Assembly (NCBI GenBank): GCA_002633005.1
Contig: NMRA01000209.1
Coordinates: 256,569 to 320,568 of the forward strand
DNA: 64,000 nucleotides
Direction: 5' to 3'
DNA from: Phoronis australis
Lineage: Eukaryota; Animalia; Phoronida
Each line of letters opens with the position of its first letter. The first letter of the stretch is position 1. The notes below the pieces were generated by a model. The model worked only from the letters and a program-made list of their open reading frames with translations, did no database searches and was not told the origin of the DNA. This document shows positions 24,477 to 37,596 of the stretch, piece after piece. Both the position numbers and the translations under genes were made by a program.

Positions 24477-27100
24477 ATGGCCCGTAGCCAGGAATATACG
24501 ACGGGGTGGGGTCGAATTTCTAAAAGGTTGAACCTTTTGATGGCATTTCGCTGGAAGTAGTGTCGACCCTCTCTACTTTTCTGGTTAGCGCCCTTCAGAA
24601 GCTAACAATGAGCGACGTAATAAGTTTTCAAAGCTTTATTGTCAAGAAAATTAATAGTTGAACAAAAACTTAATACACTTAATTCAATGCACATGTAAGT
24701 TCCACTTTAAGTACGCTCATCGAAGCGAGAAGATACACATCAGGTTAGTACGCTACCAAATTTCATCTTCCTGGGATTTATTTGCTCAAAACGCTGGACA
24801 ACTCTGTCGATTTCTATCTCTTTGTTGTAATGAACATGCATCAGCGCCAGGGATGACATTATGTCACCACTCATACTTGCTCGCATGAACGTGTTGAGTG
24901 TGCGTAATGTGCTAGGGGATCTCTCGCATTCACTCGACGTCACCTGTAGTGTAGCCAATTTTTTCAGCAGTAGGCCTACATAGACGTTCGGATACAAAAT
25001 TTGGTCACAGTCTTTAATAGTCTGGGCACATGTCGAGGGCGCATTCTGCTGGTATTTCCACTTGTGCCTCCATCGCATCATTTCCTGTTGAAGTAACTCG
25101 GGTGACGTCAGATCTGCGTTATACATGCTGATGACTTCCGGTTCAATTTCCCCGCGATGAGACGGAATCAATCTTAGAAGTGAGGATGCCGTAACGGTTG
25201 TTCGAGAAAAAAGGGCCCTAAATTCGGATGCAATGTGATCCAGAAGCGGTATCAGCACGGTTCTCAAATAGTAGGCCTACTGCTTGACACTGGAATTTGG
25301 TGGATTTGCTCGATGTGTTTGGAGAAGAGCTTGTTGCGGCATGCTGGGTTCCACACCAACATCTCGAGCCGTGGCAACGGCTTGGTGGTAAATTCCGTCG
25401 AAGACTTCATCCACAGTCTCGTGAAGTTCCTGGTACAGGGTTTGAATCTCATTCACCATTCCGTAAGCTTGTACAATATCAACTGTTGTGCTCTGCGATT
25501 TGATTGTAATGCCTTCTAGATGAGAAAGTAAGTTATATACTATGCAGAATGTCACTATAAAATCAAAGGAAGTGATACCAGCTAGCAACCCACTTGCTTC
25601 GGATTTGTACTTCCCTGTCCAGCCCGGGGTCACGTTCGTACTGTAGTGGTGCTTGTGTTGGTCATACTGTATGCTATAACTTCTAGCGAAATTACAATAC
25701 ACCCGTACGCCTGAAAAATTTTCGAGTAAGCATCGTGACGTGCCGACCAGCGAGTGCGGCAAACATCAATGAGGGGCTTTTTTAGCAATTGGGGGGGGGG
25801 GGGGNNNNNNNNNNNNNNNNNNNNNNNNNNGGGGGCTTTCTTTTTATGTGCTTCAATCAGGAGGCGTTCTCTCTGTAGACTGCTCATAAATAAGTAAACA
25901 ACGCATTTTACTTTATCCAAAGTGTTTCTGATTCCCTGTATCGAACATGAACAGGCTATCACGAAGTTTAGACAATGACCGAGGCAATGTGTGTATAAGG
26001 CTAAAGGAGAGTGTTCACGCAGGATTGCCTGGACGTCAACGTTGTCACTACTCATATTTGCCGCGCCATCATATCCCTAGCCTCTGCAGTTGGCAATGTC
26101 GATCCCGAGCCTATCTAAAGTGCCCATTATGCATTCCGCTAGTGTTTGCCGGTTATCCGCGCAAGACTACAGATTTCCAGCAACTCCTCTCGAAAGTTGT
26201 CATAGGCGTCTACAAATCGTTTACATAAGGGCATGAGTTCTTCATTGTTGGACGTAACCTCATCAGCCACAACGGAATAAAATTTGGCATCTTTTATTTC
26301 CTTTACAATATCGGCTTGTATGATGTGTTGTCCAGTAATCTCGATAATTTCATTCTGTACTTGAGACGAAGTGTACATGGCGTTCTTCATTTTTGGGTGC
26401 TGTAAGTGTTTCTTTAGAGTTTCATCACATGTACTCAACAGTTTCAACAGAGCAAGAACATTTCCCGGATTACTGTTATCTTCTATCAAACTTTCAGAAT
26501 CTCCTCTAAGTGCAATACACTAGCTACCGCAATAATAATCGCTTTAGGTATTGCCTGGAGATTGTGCCTGTTTTCCTTTATTTGTGATTTGACCTTACTG
26601 TCTAAGACAGCGTCAATACCTTTCTGCGGATTTCCCATCATACTTACAAATGTATTAGCATCATCTATTGCCTCCAAATGCTAAGACAGTACTTTTGGTT
26701 TATGATGCCATTGCGTGAATGGGGATAGGCCTGTTCACTAAAATGGCTGGCTGCCTTTTTATGTCACCATTCGAAAAGAAATTACAAGAAACGCAGAACG
26801 CACCATCAATTTTTGAGCTATACACCAATGAATTCCCAAACTCTTTAAAGCAAGCGTGTCTGAATGAGCGATTACACCCCGCCGCATATTCTGTTGGAAA
26901 ATGTAGTCGGGAGATGGTTTGTCGTCATTTTTGATAAGATTGTTTTTTGCACGTCTCTTAATTTGCTTAAGGCGTTGGAAACCTCTTCTATCGAGTCTGT
27001 TGCTCGGACTCACTCTGCGAGGTCGCGTACCATTGCCAGTGATTTGCTGTCAACACTAGGCTTTTCTTCATTGACTGAAGATTGGTTAGTGGACCTAGGC
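24477..27100 (-). mobile_element. Decayed hAT transposon (PRKRIR/THAP12-ZMYM1-like transposase pseudogene) in an SVEP1 intron
   Basis: Frameshifted fragments in order: TTF-type Zn finger (LVYSSKIDGAFCVSC), DUF4371-like (NPGNVLALL, YTSSQVQNEII, FYSVVADEVT), YTHCLGHCLN, CRTRWSARHDA and hAT dimerisation domain (VTSSECERS...LALMHVH). An N gap lies at about 25805-25830. Ends are approximate. Confidence 0.85.
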
Positions 27101-28462
27101 GTACATGTACTTATTCCTGCCTGTGAACAGGCATCCGTGTCCATACAGTATCTGAGTTTTCTGTAAAAACACGGTAATTAAACGTCTGTTTTTAGGAACA
27201 GGGTCTATAGTGAAGATAGGTAAGCTGGATTTAAAGAACGGAAACGCGTATAATTAATGTGCATCATTACGCATGTCGATCAAACGATCCACAAGCACAG
27301 TGTACAGTGTAAGTACCAACAAAATCCAGGTCGGCAACAGGGTCCCATGGAGTGGCAGTCGTGAATTGGGTGGCACGATCAATAACCTTACTCATGAGTT
27401 CTCTGTGCGCACCGCAAACAGTTTGGTCAGTTGTGGTTCCATCTTCGCATAGGTCACGGCACCAAGCAATTTAGTATAACACAACTGGTTGTAGGAAGAT
27501 GAGGACTGTCTTGAATAGACAAGTGAACGGATTTATATACAAATTACAAATATATGGGTAGCATGCACTGAACTTTTTTTCAAGATTCTACAGGAAATAA
27601 CTGTATTACAGTAAACAACTCTAAGAACTTTCACAACAATCATCAGGACTACTCTGTTGTGTTTGCCATATATGGTAATGGTCAGCTGTCTTGAGGCTAT
27701 GATTCTGTGAATGATCATTACACAATCTTGTTTACTACAGGGATCATCAAAACGTTTGTGGACGCACCGGATGGGTCGCTGACTCAGCTGACAGCCAAAC
27801 TAACATACTAAGTAAAATATATATCATGAATTTCACGAATTTCATGGCATTATTGTTTGAGACCAGATTCTACAAGATGACCTGTCCGGGGGATCACTTC
27901 AAGAAATGTTGAACTACCAGCGCTTTCCAAGTCCAGAAATCACTGGTGCTGTGTCACGCCTTGACGGGGACCGAACGGCACCACGATCCACGATTACTGT
28001 GGTTACAATCCTGCTTGCAAATGGTTGCGCAGCAGGAACTGGAAACTGTACTTGGACTTCATTTGTGTGCCCACTTCATAAATGTTGAAACAAATGTGGC
28101 TGACAAACACGACATTTTATCGGTCTGCTTGTCCTGGCGTTATTGCTTTGGTTCACATGTTACGTTTTGTACCCAGGTCAATGCCAGGTTGCTCTTCTGA
28201 GCTCACGCGTTTCTTTCGTTTACAAATTTTGGCAGCCTGCAATTGGTTAGTTTGTCCTCGAATAGTGACAGCTGTGGTTCGGATGTCCAAACTACTTAAC
28301 TGGGCAGCATCACCTCATAATTGACATCACACTGAGTTTCCGACCTCCAGGGCACACAAGTGCATGTATCACTGGTTGCTGCATAATAATATCAAATAAA
28401 GTTCGTGTCGGAAGCAACAATCATCGATACCCTCTGGTAGGTTTTACTCTGCCTATTTCTAG

Positions 28463-28636
28463 GGGTGTACTGTGGGCCTCCTCGCACAATGGACCCCAAC
28501 GTGCGCTTCATGGGCTACAGGCATTACTACGGCGATGTTGTACATGTGCAGTGCTCACGAGGTTTCACACCGGTTGGCCAGACCACTCTAAAATGTTTGT
28601 CTTCTGGGAAGTGGAATGGAACAGCGCAGTGCAAAG
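28463..28636 (+). CDS. SVEP1: SVEP1-like exon: last Sushi/CCP domain
   Basis: ttctag| ... |gtacac, 174 nt; VYCGPP...VQCSRGFTPVGQTTLKCLSSGKWNGTAQCK. Confidence 0.9.
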
Positions 28637-28930
28637 GTACACGTAGATAACACAGTGTAAATCTAGGATATCAACCATATTTTTGAAAGGAAAATGTCAA
28701 AGTAATTCATGAGAACGGGATGTCCGAAGAGGGACCAGGCACCCAGGTCCCTCTACAAATTCCCCTATGGGCAAAATAAATAAGGACAACTGCGACACAT
28801 GTTGCCAGTAACTGTATACGTTCCAAACAATCTGTATTCACTCTAATGGCGACCGTAGCAAATGCTACAAGGTTTAATTGTAATTGGCTTCTTATCTAAT
28901 TCAGCTAATCTTAAATATATCCATTTTTAG

Positions 28931-29026
28931 GACTATGTACAAAGAAATGTCTGAACGGGGGCATTTGCTACGGTGATAACAGATGTCGCTGCAGACCTGG
29001 ATATAAAGGTCACCAGTGTGAACTCG
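28931..29026 (+). CDS. SVEP1: SVEP1-like exon: C-terminal EGF 1 (not in ORF track)
   Basis: ttttag| ... |gtaaca, 96 nt; LCTKKCLNGGICYGDNRCRCRPGYKGHQCEL. Confidence 0.9.
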
Positions 29027-29424
29027 GTAACAATTTGTCATTTTGTATTTCAACTAGTAAGTAATAAGGGTCGGAAGCTATGCCTTCGACCGCCTAAGAA
29101 TCCTCTGTCGAGTTGTGGCACTCTTAACTTGTTTTTTTTTGTATGAACGTAATCCAGCAAGTGCATGGACTGTCAAATTGGTAATCATAATACTCTGTTT
29201 GATATATCAGATGTCCCAAACATTGGTTTACTTTTTGACAATTAAGTTCTCAAGAATTGGGCAACCGAACTCGTTCAAGTTTTTGACGATGTCTATTCAG
29301 GGTGTCAACAAGTCTACAAAGTATCTCAGAGAAATATAAAAATATAAAAGAGCTGTGAAATTCAAAACAGCAGGTGAAAAATGCTCTATCACTGTGACCT
29401 TCATCGTGTTTGAGCTTTGCTGGC

Positions 29425-29910
29425 ATCTTTCAGCAAGATGGGGATCCTGCACACACGAGCTAGATAACCAAAGCTCGTTGAGAGGAGGCCACATCAAAAT
29501 TTATCAGATAGGATAAGTGGCCTCCGCTCAGTGCCGACTGCAGACCAATGGACTATGACATATGGGACTCACTGAAGGAGAAAGTTTACAGGGAATGACA
29601 AAACAAATTTACTGAGCAGGAGTTAAAAGACGTGGGAGGAAATCTCGGTGGAAGAAATACGGAAAAGCGTTTCAGGTTGGAAGAAACGGCTCCGTTTAAT
29701 CGTGGAGGGAAATAGAGGCCACATTGAGCATAGACTTTAATATATATTTTATTTTTTTACCTGATGTTTTTAATTTGACATTACTCGCACAATTGGACAC
29801 AGATCTTTTTTGATTTGTTATACCTTTTTTGATGATATCATCTGTAAGAAATTGGAATAAATCGGTTTACTCGTTGTCGAGAAATCACTTTTTGGGACTG
29901 ATTAATGGTA
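29425..29910 (+). mobile_element. Tc1/mariner (maT, DD37D-type) transposase 3' relic
   Basis: Manual translation IFQQDGDPAHTS*...WPPLSADCRPMDYDIWDSLKEKVY, then after a frameshift WKKRLRLIVEGNRGHIEHRL*. There are 37 residues between the 2nd and 3rd catalytic Asp, and several in-frame stops. Confidence 0.8.
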
Positions 29911-30479
29911 TGCATGAAACAAATTGTAACTCTCCCTCCCGTGTGGGCAAAGACGTCAGATTTCTGAGTTTTCATTTGTTATTGGAGTAAGAATGATGGG
30001 ACACTGCCTGTGTTGATTATTAAATTCATCAACATGAACTCGAACAAGAGGGAGCGATGTGAGATCGTGCTTCCGCCACAAAAATGTTTTAGACCACTTA
30101 CCGCGGTTACGACATTGTCCTCATGCAGGTTGTTTTCAAAGTAGGAGAGATGCCTGGACTTGAACAGTAGTGACAGTCCGTCCTTGGTTCAGACCAGGTA
30201 CCACGAGTTGACTTTTCACGACTTGGCGTTCGCAAGGAATAACCGATTGACAGTTCTTACCAAGACCCAAAATCATTTTTATTCAATAAACGAGAACAAG
30301 TTGATGGCACTAGGTAATCTAAGTTAAAAAAGTAGTTTCTTCTGTCGAAACGCAAGTTTGTTACTGCTTTAAGGAAGGGTCGTTGTTTTGTTAAATGTCA
30401 GTTTTTGGCACTTGAAGTTTTGTTTGATGTAATCGAAATCCACAACATTGCGAAAGTAAAGAGGGTATCTATTTATTGA

Positions 30480-30662
<183 letters not shown>

Positions 30663-32592
30663 TAAATAATTTAGATTTTACGGTATTGTGTAAAACACTT
30701 TTATCGCGAGGATTATGGTCTCCCATATTCTTCCTTCATTAATTTCACGATTTACTGTAAAAAGTTGAAGAAATGAAGTGATTGCGAATACGGGGTTACC
30801 ATCAAATCTACTTAAGCTGACTGTAAGTTTTTGTTGGAGAACGTAGCGTCTCGATTGAAATCGTGGGCGCACAGTACGACCTTCGATGAAATGTGTTGGG
30901 GTTTTAGAAAGATAATGTATTTTTACAGTGAAGGAGTCGATTCAATTTTCTTATATGAGTTTAAAACGTTTAAACTCATTACAACACGTACACATGTATT
31001 CTATATAATTCACCGTTTTTATTTTCCTTAAGCATAGAGGATGTTTCCTTCTTTAAAAACAAGTCCACGCTCCAGAAACCAACACAAAACAGTATTGGCA
31101 ATAATAATCTTATCCTATCTACATCAGAAAAAAATAAAATAGGTGTCAGAAAAACTGTAGTCTTTTTATAAAGTGTTCGTCGGAAATTGATATATAATGT
31201 TCAATGGCACGCAGAGTAGAGTTCACCCTCGACAGCATGGAGGTCGTTTAACATGGACGGCGCAGCACTGAAAAAATTGCGGGGGGGCTAAAGCTCCCTC
31301 AGCCCCCCTGTGGTGCACCTCCTACAGACCATGTGCCACCTAGCACTGAAAAAGTGGGGCGGGGGCTATAGTGCGCTGCCGATGCTTAAGTGACATACAT
31401 GCACAGTGTACGCAAATACACAATTCTTCGTAGGTTCAATACTCCGAGGGTTCGCTTATGCGAAAGTTCGCTATTCCCATTATTTACGACGCCGAAAATT
31501 CGCCACTCTGTCTGCTGACGAGGCGGAACTGACATGCATAAACTACTATTTATAAAGACTGGTAGGGGCAGGGTAGCCTTCAATGTGCAATTTTCACCCG
31601 GCCGTGCGCGAGGTTTCTGGGCGGTGGGTGAGGTTGGTGGGCAGCGGACAAAAAATCTGTCGCGCTCTGAATTGATGATATGGAGACATAAATTTGGCGT
31701 ATATATTTGGTTGATAATTCATTAATATCCCTTCTTCAAATCCTGTTCAATATAGACGAACTTATTCATTTTCCTTAATTGCAAGACTTGCTTCAGAGCC
31801 AAATTTTGCATGCACAGGGAATACGAACAAAGTGTAGGCTAATAGCACCCGGACGTTTTTATCAGTTGGTACTCCACTGCGTCAAATAACCGACCTTGTA
31901 TTTTTGGGTATAGAAACACACCCCAACAATACTTTTTAAAGTAATTTTAGGTAGAGAAGGTCTTAGTCCACCCAATGGAATGTCTTTTGAAAATCTATGA
32001 AACAAGCGAATGCATTCTGTGTATCTTAAACGGTCTCTTATGATGGATGAAAAGAAGCACATGATCCTGACATAATTGTATTTTCCCTAAAACTGTTCAG
32101 GCCATCAGTAAGTATACTGAACCAAGTCTGTTGTTTAGTACGCAGGGTTAAACTTCGCCCCATAATTTACATGAATCGCGATCGTTGTGTGGGCTGTTCG
32201 AGGTTTGTACAACAGATTTCGACGACACGGTTGACATCGTCTTAGTGGCAAGAGAGGAAAATATTCACCAGGGTGACGATGACATCAAAGTATGATGAGG
32301 CTTAATCACGGCTTTCAGAATTTCATTAACACCGCGCGCTTCATCAACTGTTAATGCTTTCTGTCCTCTCTGTTCCAACAAAAATATTGATATTCATTTT
32401 TACCGTCGTGATATCCTCTAAATTATTTTCCAGTCGTAAATGAAAGCAAAAACAGATCAGAACCCAGTAGAGTGGTTTGTAATACATAGCATTGCATAAT
32501 AGATTATTACGTGATTTGAGTAGTGGAAGCTACCGTGCAAGTTTGGTGTATTAGTCTTGCTTTCGGTTTACCTTCCGCAATCTTCCTTGTAG

Positions 32593-32686
32593 GTATCTGC
32601 ACAAAACCTTGTCTTAATGGAGGCAAGTGTATCAAACCAAATCGATGCCTATGTCCTACCGGTTACAGTCAACCGAACTGCTCCAG
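32593..32686 (+). CDS. SVEP1: SVEP1-like exon: C-terminal EGF 3
   Basis: ttgtag| ... |gtgaag, 94 nt; ICTKPCLNGGKCIKPNRCLCPTGYSQPNCS. Confidence 0.9.
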
Positions 32687-33324
32687 GTGAAGATTTCAAC
32701 ATTTTCTTCCAACAGTGCCTCTGCCAATGCGCTGACTGAATTTCCAGAGAAACTCAAATTACGAAAGTATTATGCTTAAAAGGTCCTTTTGTTTTAGAAC
32801 GTAGGTAAACTTGACGTTATGATCTAATCCTGTTTCCGCCAGTTGAAACTTACCAGTTGAAGGTTTTCTCCAGGATAGTATTTCACAAATACAGCAAGCA
32901 AAATCGGTTCATACTTTACTGCTACTTTTCGTGGTAAGGGTTAAGTTCGTGCTTTTGAGATTAAGAAGAATGATTGAAGCTAAGGAGTTATCATTATGTT
33001 GTATTAAAGTACATGTAGGCCTACCGATTAGCAGTAATTAATGGAATTTGTTACGTTTAGCAGACTGGAATTGTCGGGGCCTCGGCCATTATCCAGCCTG
33101 TAAAGTACTATACAATGCACTTATACGAGAAACGTCTTTTTAACTGCGGGCCTACCTTGTTGGGCATCGAGCGCGTCTTGCGTGGACGCAAGACACTCTC
33201 CAGTAAAATTAGTTTGATCACGTCCTTGCATGAAACTTGCTCTTCGTAACGTAGCCCAGTATCCATATGCTGGTCAGTTTATTCTTTTCTCATTTAAATA
33301 ACGAATAATACCGCATGCTTTCAG

Positions 33325-33361
33325 GTACGGGGGACGACGACGTTACTCTCAACGTGTGTGA
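33325..33361 (+). CDS. SVEP1: Probable SVEP1-like terminal coding exon (basic tail and stop)
   Basis: tttcag|, phase 2-compatible; gives (R)YGGRRRYSQRV*, similar in character to the short basic tail of vertebrate SVEP1. Confidence 0.65.
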
Positions 33362-33682
33362 AGCTCGCGCACCTCTGTTTACAGTCTCAAGGTTTCCTAC
33401 ATTCCATCAACATGGCACTAGTTCTCGCGCTGTGCTTCAGGCGAGAGTGGCAATATGCTCAAACATTGAGACTCTAAAACATGTACAAGTGGTGTTTAGT
33501 CTAGGTAGAATTAAGACAAGATGATATTCAACAAACGAGTCTGGTTGTGGCACACACTGGAATACACGACGAAAAGAAGAGATCAGTAAAAGGCCACTGA
33601 CCCCAGTGTCATCTTTCAGACAAGACCCGTGTATGGTAAACGGGTCCCAGTCGTCTATGTCATGACTTAGGCTCAGAGCCGG

Positions 33683-35550
33683 AGCTAACAAAAGTACTTG
33701 TAACACGATTCACGTTCAAGCATGCGCAGTTGTCTTGACTAGTTCGTATCTTGTGTAACGTTGTAGTGTATGTGTAAAAAGTAACCTAACTTATGAAATA
33801 CAACGTGAAACGTTAATTTTGTGTTGAAAGATCGTACTTTTGTTTGATTGAGTTTGAATTTGATAACGTGTTGCTGTCAGACTTTTAGTCTACTTTTAAA
33901 CAACGAAACCAGTTTAATCGCTCATCGAGAAATGTTTCATCTGTTGTCGAAAATTCCACACCCCCCAAATTTTAGAGTTAAGGTGCATTTGACAAGAAAG
34001 TGCATTGGTTTGATGCATCGATTCCTGGTGACCCCTGGTGGTGTGATCTCAACCAATCACCAGAAGGCAACGTGTTTATTAAACTTACGTCTACAGATGA
34101 CGGAACATGGTTGTTTATTTAACTTACGTCTACAGATGACGGAACATGGTTACTTGATGGAATTTAACTTGAGGGACACGACTGGACCAGGGATTTAACC
34201 GAAACCATTCTATCCTGTTTGAATCAACTAGTTTTGCTTTCATTGATATTTTGACTCTGTGAATTGCATAGAAAGGGGAAGAAATGGAATCCTATAATTT
34301 TAGTTAATTACCAGTGTTTGGTGGTCACATAGATAGAATTGGGCTTGTTATACAAGCGATAATTCATTTGCTACCCTCGTAACATCGGACATTTTCAAAC
34401 CCCCATCTTTGTTCATGATTATGCCGTTTTATCTGCAGTTAACTGTCTCATCAACTCGACCATGTTCACAATACATACATGAACGTGTCACGTCTACATT
34501 TCGAGTGTCAGTCTGGGAAAGCGACACTATCCGTCACTAGGTCAAGTAGACGTGCAATTTTGTACCAATGATTCGACCTCATGGATATTTATGTGTCATA
34601 CATGTATATGTACACAGTATGACCAGTAACAAAGTAAGTGCATTGCTTTTGATTGTGGGTCGGTAGGGTAAAATTCTGCATCCCGTGTCGCGGATAAACA
34701 ATTCATGTAGTATAGATCGCCTTTAATTCAATAAGACACTAAAGGGTGACGCTTAGGCGGGATCCCTTTTGGTAACTTGAATTGATTAGGATGATCAGAA
34801 ACACCAGTATTATTGGGCGTCGTGGGATGAGCCCATGACTCCGTTTCTGTAGGGATAACTTGCGTGCAAGACCAAACTTAACTTCGTTTTATGGAATTCC
34901 GTAAGACCATGCAATTTCTGAAAATTAGTCGGATACGGAAAAGGTTTTAAGGTTGGACTTTTGGACTAAATAACCAAACTTTACAAAACTCATCAATGTG
35001 AGCTGTTTGGAGGAATATTTCGTTGATAGTTTCTTAACACTGATAACATTAAACTATGTCATATGTTGAACATCACTTGCTTTCGAATCTATCTTAGGAT
35101 TTCTCCCTCCACTTCGCGTCTTCAACTCCACAGCCAGCTTTCGATGAGGCAGCGCTGCAAGACAAGACGCCACTCAGGAAGTTGGAGCCTATGTTAGCCA
35201 ATCAACTCATTTAAATCATTTTTCACGCCATCCTTACCCCGCATATTTTACCCACGACCAGGCGGCAAGGGTACACTTGACACCAGTTCTTTGCCTAGCT
35301 ACAAACTTTTCTGTGAAGAACGCTTTCACGTCATGAGCATGAAAGTCTGGGGCTACGTTTGCCTTTGTGTCTTGCAAACCAGGCTCAATTTCATTAGAAA
35401 TAGACCCTGACTTCTCTCCATAATAAGCCGATGACGGGCGATGCTGCAAATACATTCACAGCACACGCCCAATTTCTTGCAATGTCATCAAATGCAGTTT
35501 ACTTTAATAGATGAGTTCTTATTTCGAAACTGGCCCACTCGCATTCTAAG
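33683..35550 (+). repeat. Copy 1 of an old local duplication (paralogous to 53457-53946 and 57828-58672)
   Basis: Collinear shared blocks, e.g. gcgcagttgtcttgactagttcgtatcttgtgta, ggtgtgatctcaac, ctacaaacttttctgt, tgtcatcaaatgca. Confidence 0.85.
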
Positions 35551-37464
35551 TGGATCTGAAATGTGCAGCTACATTTCATGTGCATCTTCTTTTTGTGATA
35601 AAGTTCACTTCGTATGGAGCTTCGCTTTTTGATGAAGTCCACCTCGTGTGAGCGTTCCCGTGACGAATACATTTTAAAATTGCACGCCACGGCAGTTGAC
35701 ATTGCCTGAAACAGGAAGTTCTACTGCTGTGGTGCCAAAAGATGTCACTTTGTGCTGGAACTACCCCCTGTCCAGGAATTGACGTCAGGTGTATATTTCA
35801 AATGATTCGGACCTGTGCTGCCCTACCATTGAGTAGTTTTAGCTGTTTGGAAACCGCTCATATGCCTAACGTGTGCCCCCCGCCAGCTGCTAACTGATGT
35901 TATGGCCTCGTAATGTTCACCTTATTACCTGACAATGATTACATAACATATATTTAAAGGAGAATGCCACCCAAAAAACAATCTATTTTGTATCAATTTA
36001 GATCGAGTAGTTCGGTTGCGTTACCTGACACCTGACGGCAGACGGAGGCGTTGAAATTATCCAATGACGTCATTGGTTTCACACGAAGTCTGTTCAGCAG
36101 TTCACAACACGGGTTACTGGTGTCAGCTTATCGCTTGAATTCATCGTTTAACACCAATAAATCATCAAACTTCGATGTAAAACCCTTAAAAATACACCGA
36201 GTTCTTATAAAAACGTGTTGCTTTATTTTGCTGTTACGGATTTATTGGTATTTGGACACACCGTAGCCTGCAAAGTTCGGCAGGCCAATTAACCAAGGTC
36301 CGTAGCAGGAGTTAGGGGTCAGTTCGGAGATAAATTCGAAGTACATGTATTCTTCCGTGAAATACAGACAAAAGAACCTAGATCTGTGTTGTTTAGACTT
36401 GTGATTTTTGTGTTCTAAACATACAAAACGCTTGATATCCCGGCCAGTGGCTCGGAACCCGATCAAGCCCGGCACGGCCGCGGGACTGGCACGAACATAA
36501 ACCAGCTTGAGTTGGGAAACTAAACCTACAGTCACGAAAAGACTGTAATAGTCAGTGCTGTAGTGGAAAAGTAGAGGTAAGTAGGCGCCGAAAGGGCCCA
36601 CCGTATGACCTTGAGCACTGAACGTAACTTACGGTGCGTAGACGCTACGTTCAAATGCCAAAAGATGATTGGCTGCGCCTACGTGCGCCTGCGCCCAACT
36701 ACAACACTGATAATAGAGAGCCAAAGAAATAATGTGCATGTAATTACTTTACGTGAATTACTGAGCCACGAAACTGAAATCTACTTACTTGTCGACGTGG
36801 GCCGCGAATTCGGGTTCCCCTTCCACAGACCGTCAGGGCAAAGGTTGTACAGTAACAATGATTTGAATAATGTATTTGTATTTCTACATAAAGATTCCCC
36901 TAACATGTGACCATACCATATAAAATCGAGTAATCATTTGCACTCACAAATACTACAAAGGCATTACAACTTGTCTCTAATGAGGCAGTCTTTGTTTCAG
37001 TTTTATACAAGCATTGTTTAGAATGATAATAATTCATTTTGAAACAGAACGCAGAATACATGGCACTCGCCCGGCGTCCGATCCCGACTTAGGCAAGCGC
37101 TCATCAGACGAAGACTTCACGGGTCGGATCGTTAGGTTTCACAGCTAGGCTATCATTTCAAACCGGAATACACTGATCAAGAAATACTAGAGAGGCGCTG
37201 TGAACATGCATAGACAACTTTACTTGCCTCTAAATACGAAATTTGTGTACTTCAGTGCAAAAGCCCTCTAAAACTCCAGTCTTATAAACTCGGTACTAAT
37301 CTGGATTCTTTCGATTCCTTTTCCCAGTGTTCACTAAGAAGCCAGCGAGTAGTACTCAAACGCGTGTACAGCGCACGTGTCAACATCTTTTGTTGATTCA
37401 TGGTCGTCATAATTTGGTGGGAGCGGATCATTTACTTACAATGTAATTCCGACTTTTTACTTAG

Positions 37465-37596
37465 TGCTATCAAAGCAAGAATACACTGCCAGTTTTACGT
37501 ACAAGCAAGACAGTGGCGTCGTGGAATCTGTCAATTATCCAAGCCAGTACCCAAGTGATACGAAAATTAACTATACTATAAAGGTGCAATCGCCAG
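37465..37596 (+). CDS. CUB-domain membrane protein, exon with N-terminal part of the CUB domain (not in ORF track)
   Basis: acttag| ... |gtaagt, 132 nt, phase 1-1; DSGVVESVNYPSQYPSDTKINYTIKV matches CUB G.I.SP.YP..YP. Confidence 0.8.

Noticed and set aside
25790-25835. G-run suggesting a G-quadruplex or poly-Pro insert
   Set aside because: Flanks an N gap; true length and sequence are unknown.
27900-28330. Minus-strand KCRVC.. segment resembling a zinc finger
   Set aside because: Needs several frameshifts to complete the motif; not supportable.
35234-35702. Minus-strand ORFs similar to 58367-58618 (AFxTEKFVA..RTGV)
   Set aside because: The similarity follows from the DNA duplication; frames are not preserved between copies and no domain is recognisable.
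37048-37135. Possible upstream exon of the CUB gene
   Set aside because: No signal peptide; the open frame ends in phase 2, incompatible with the phase-1 exon at 37465, and the ATG frame stops after 10 codons.
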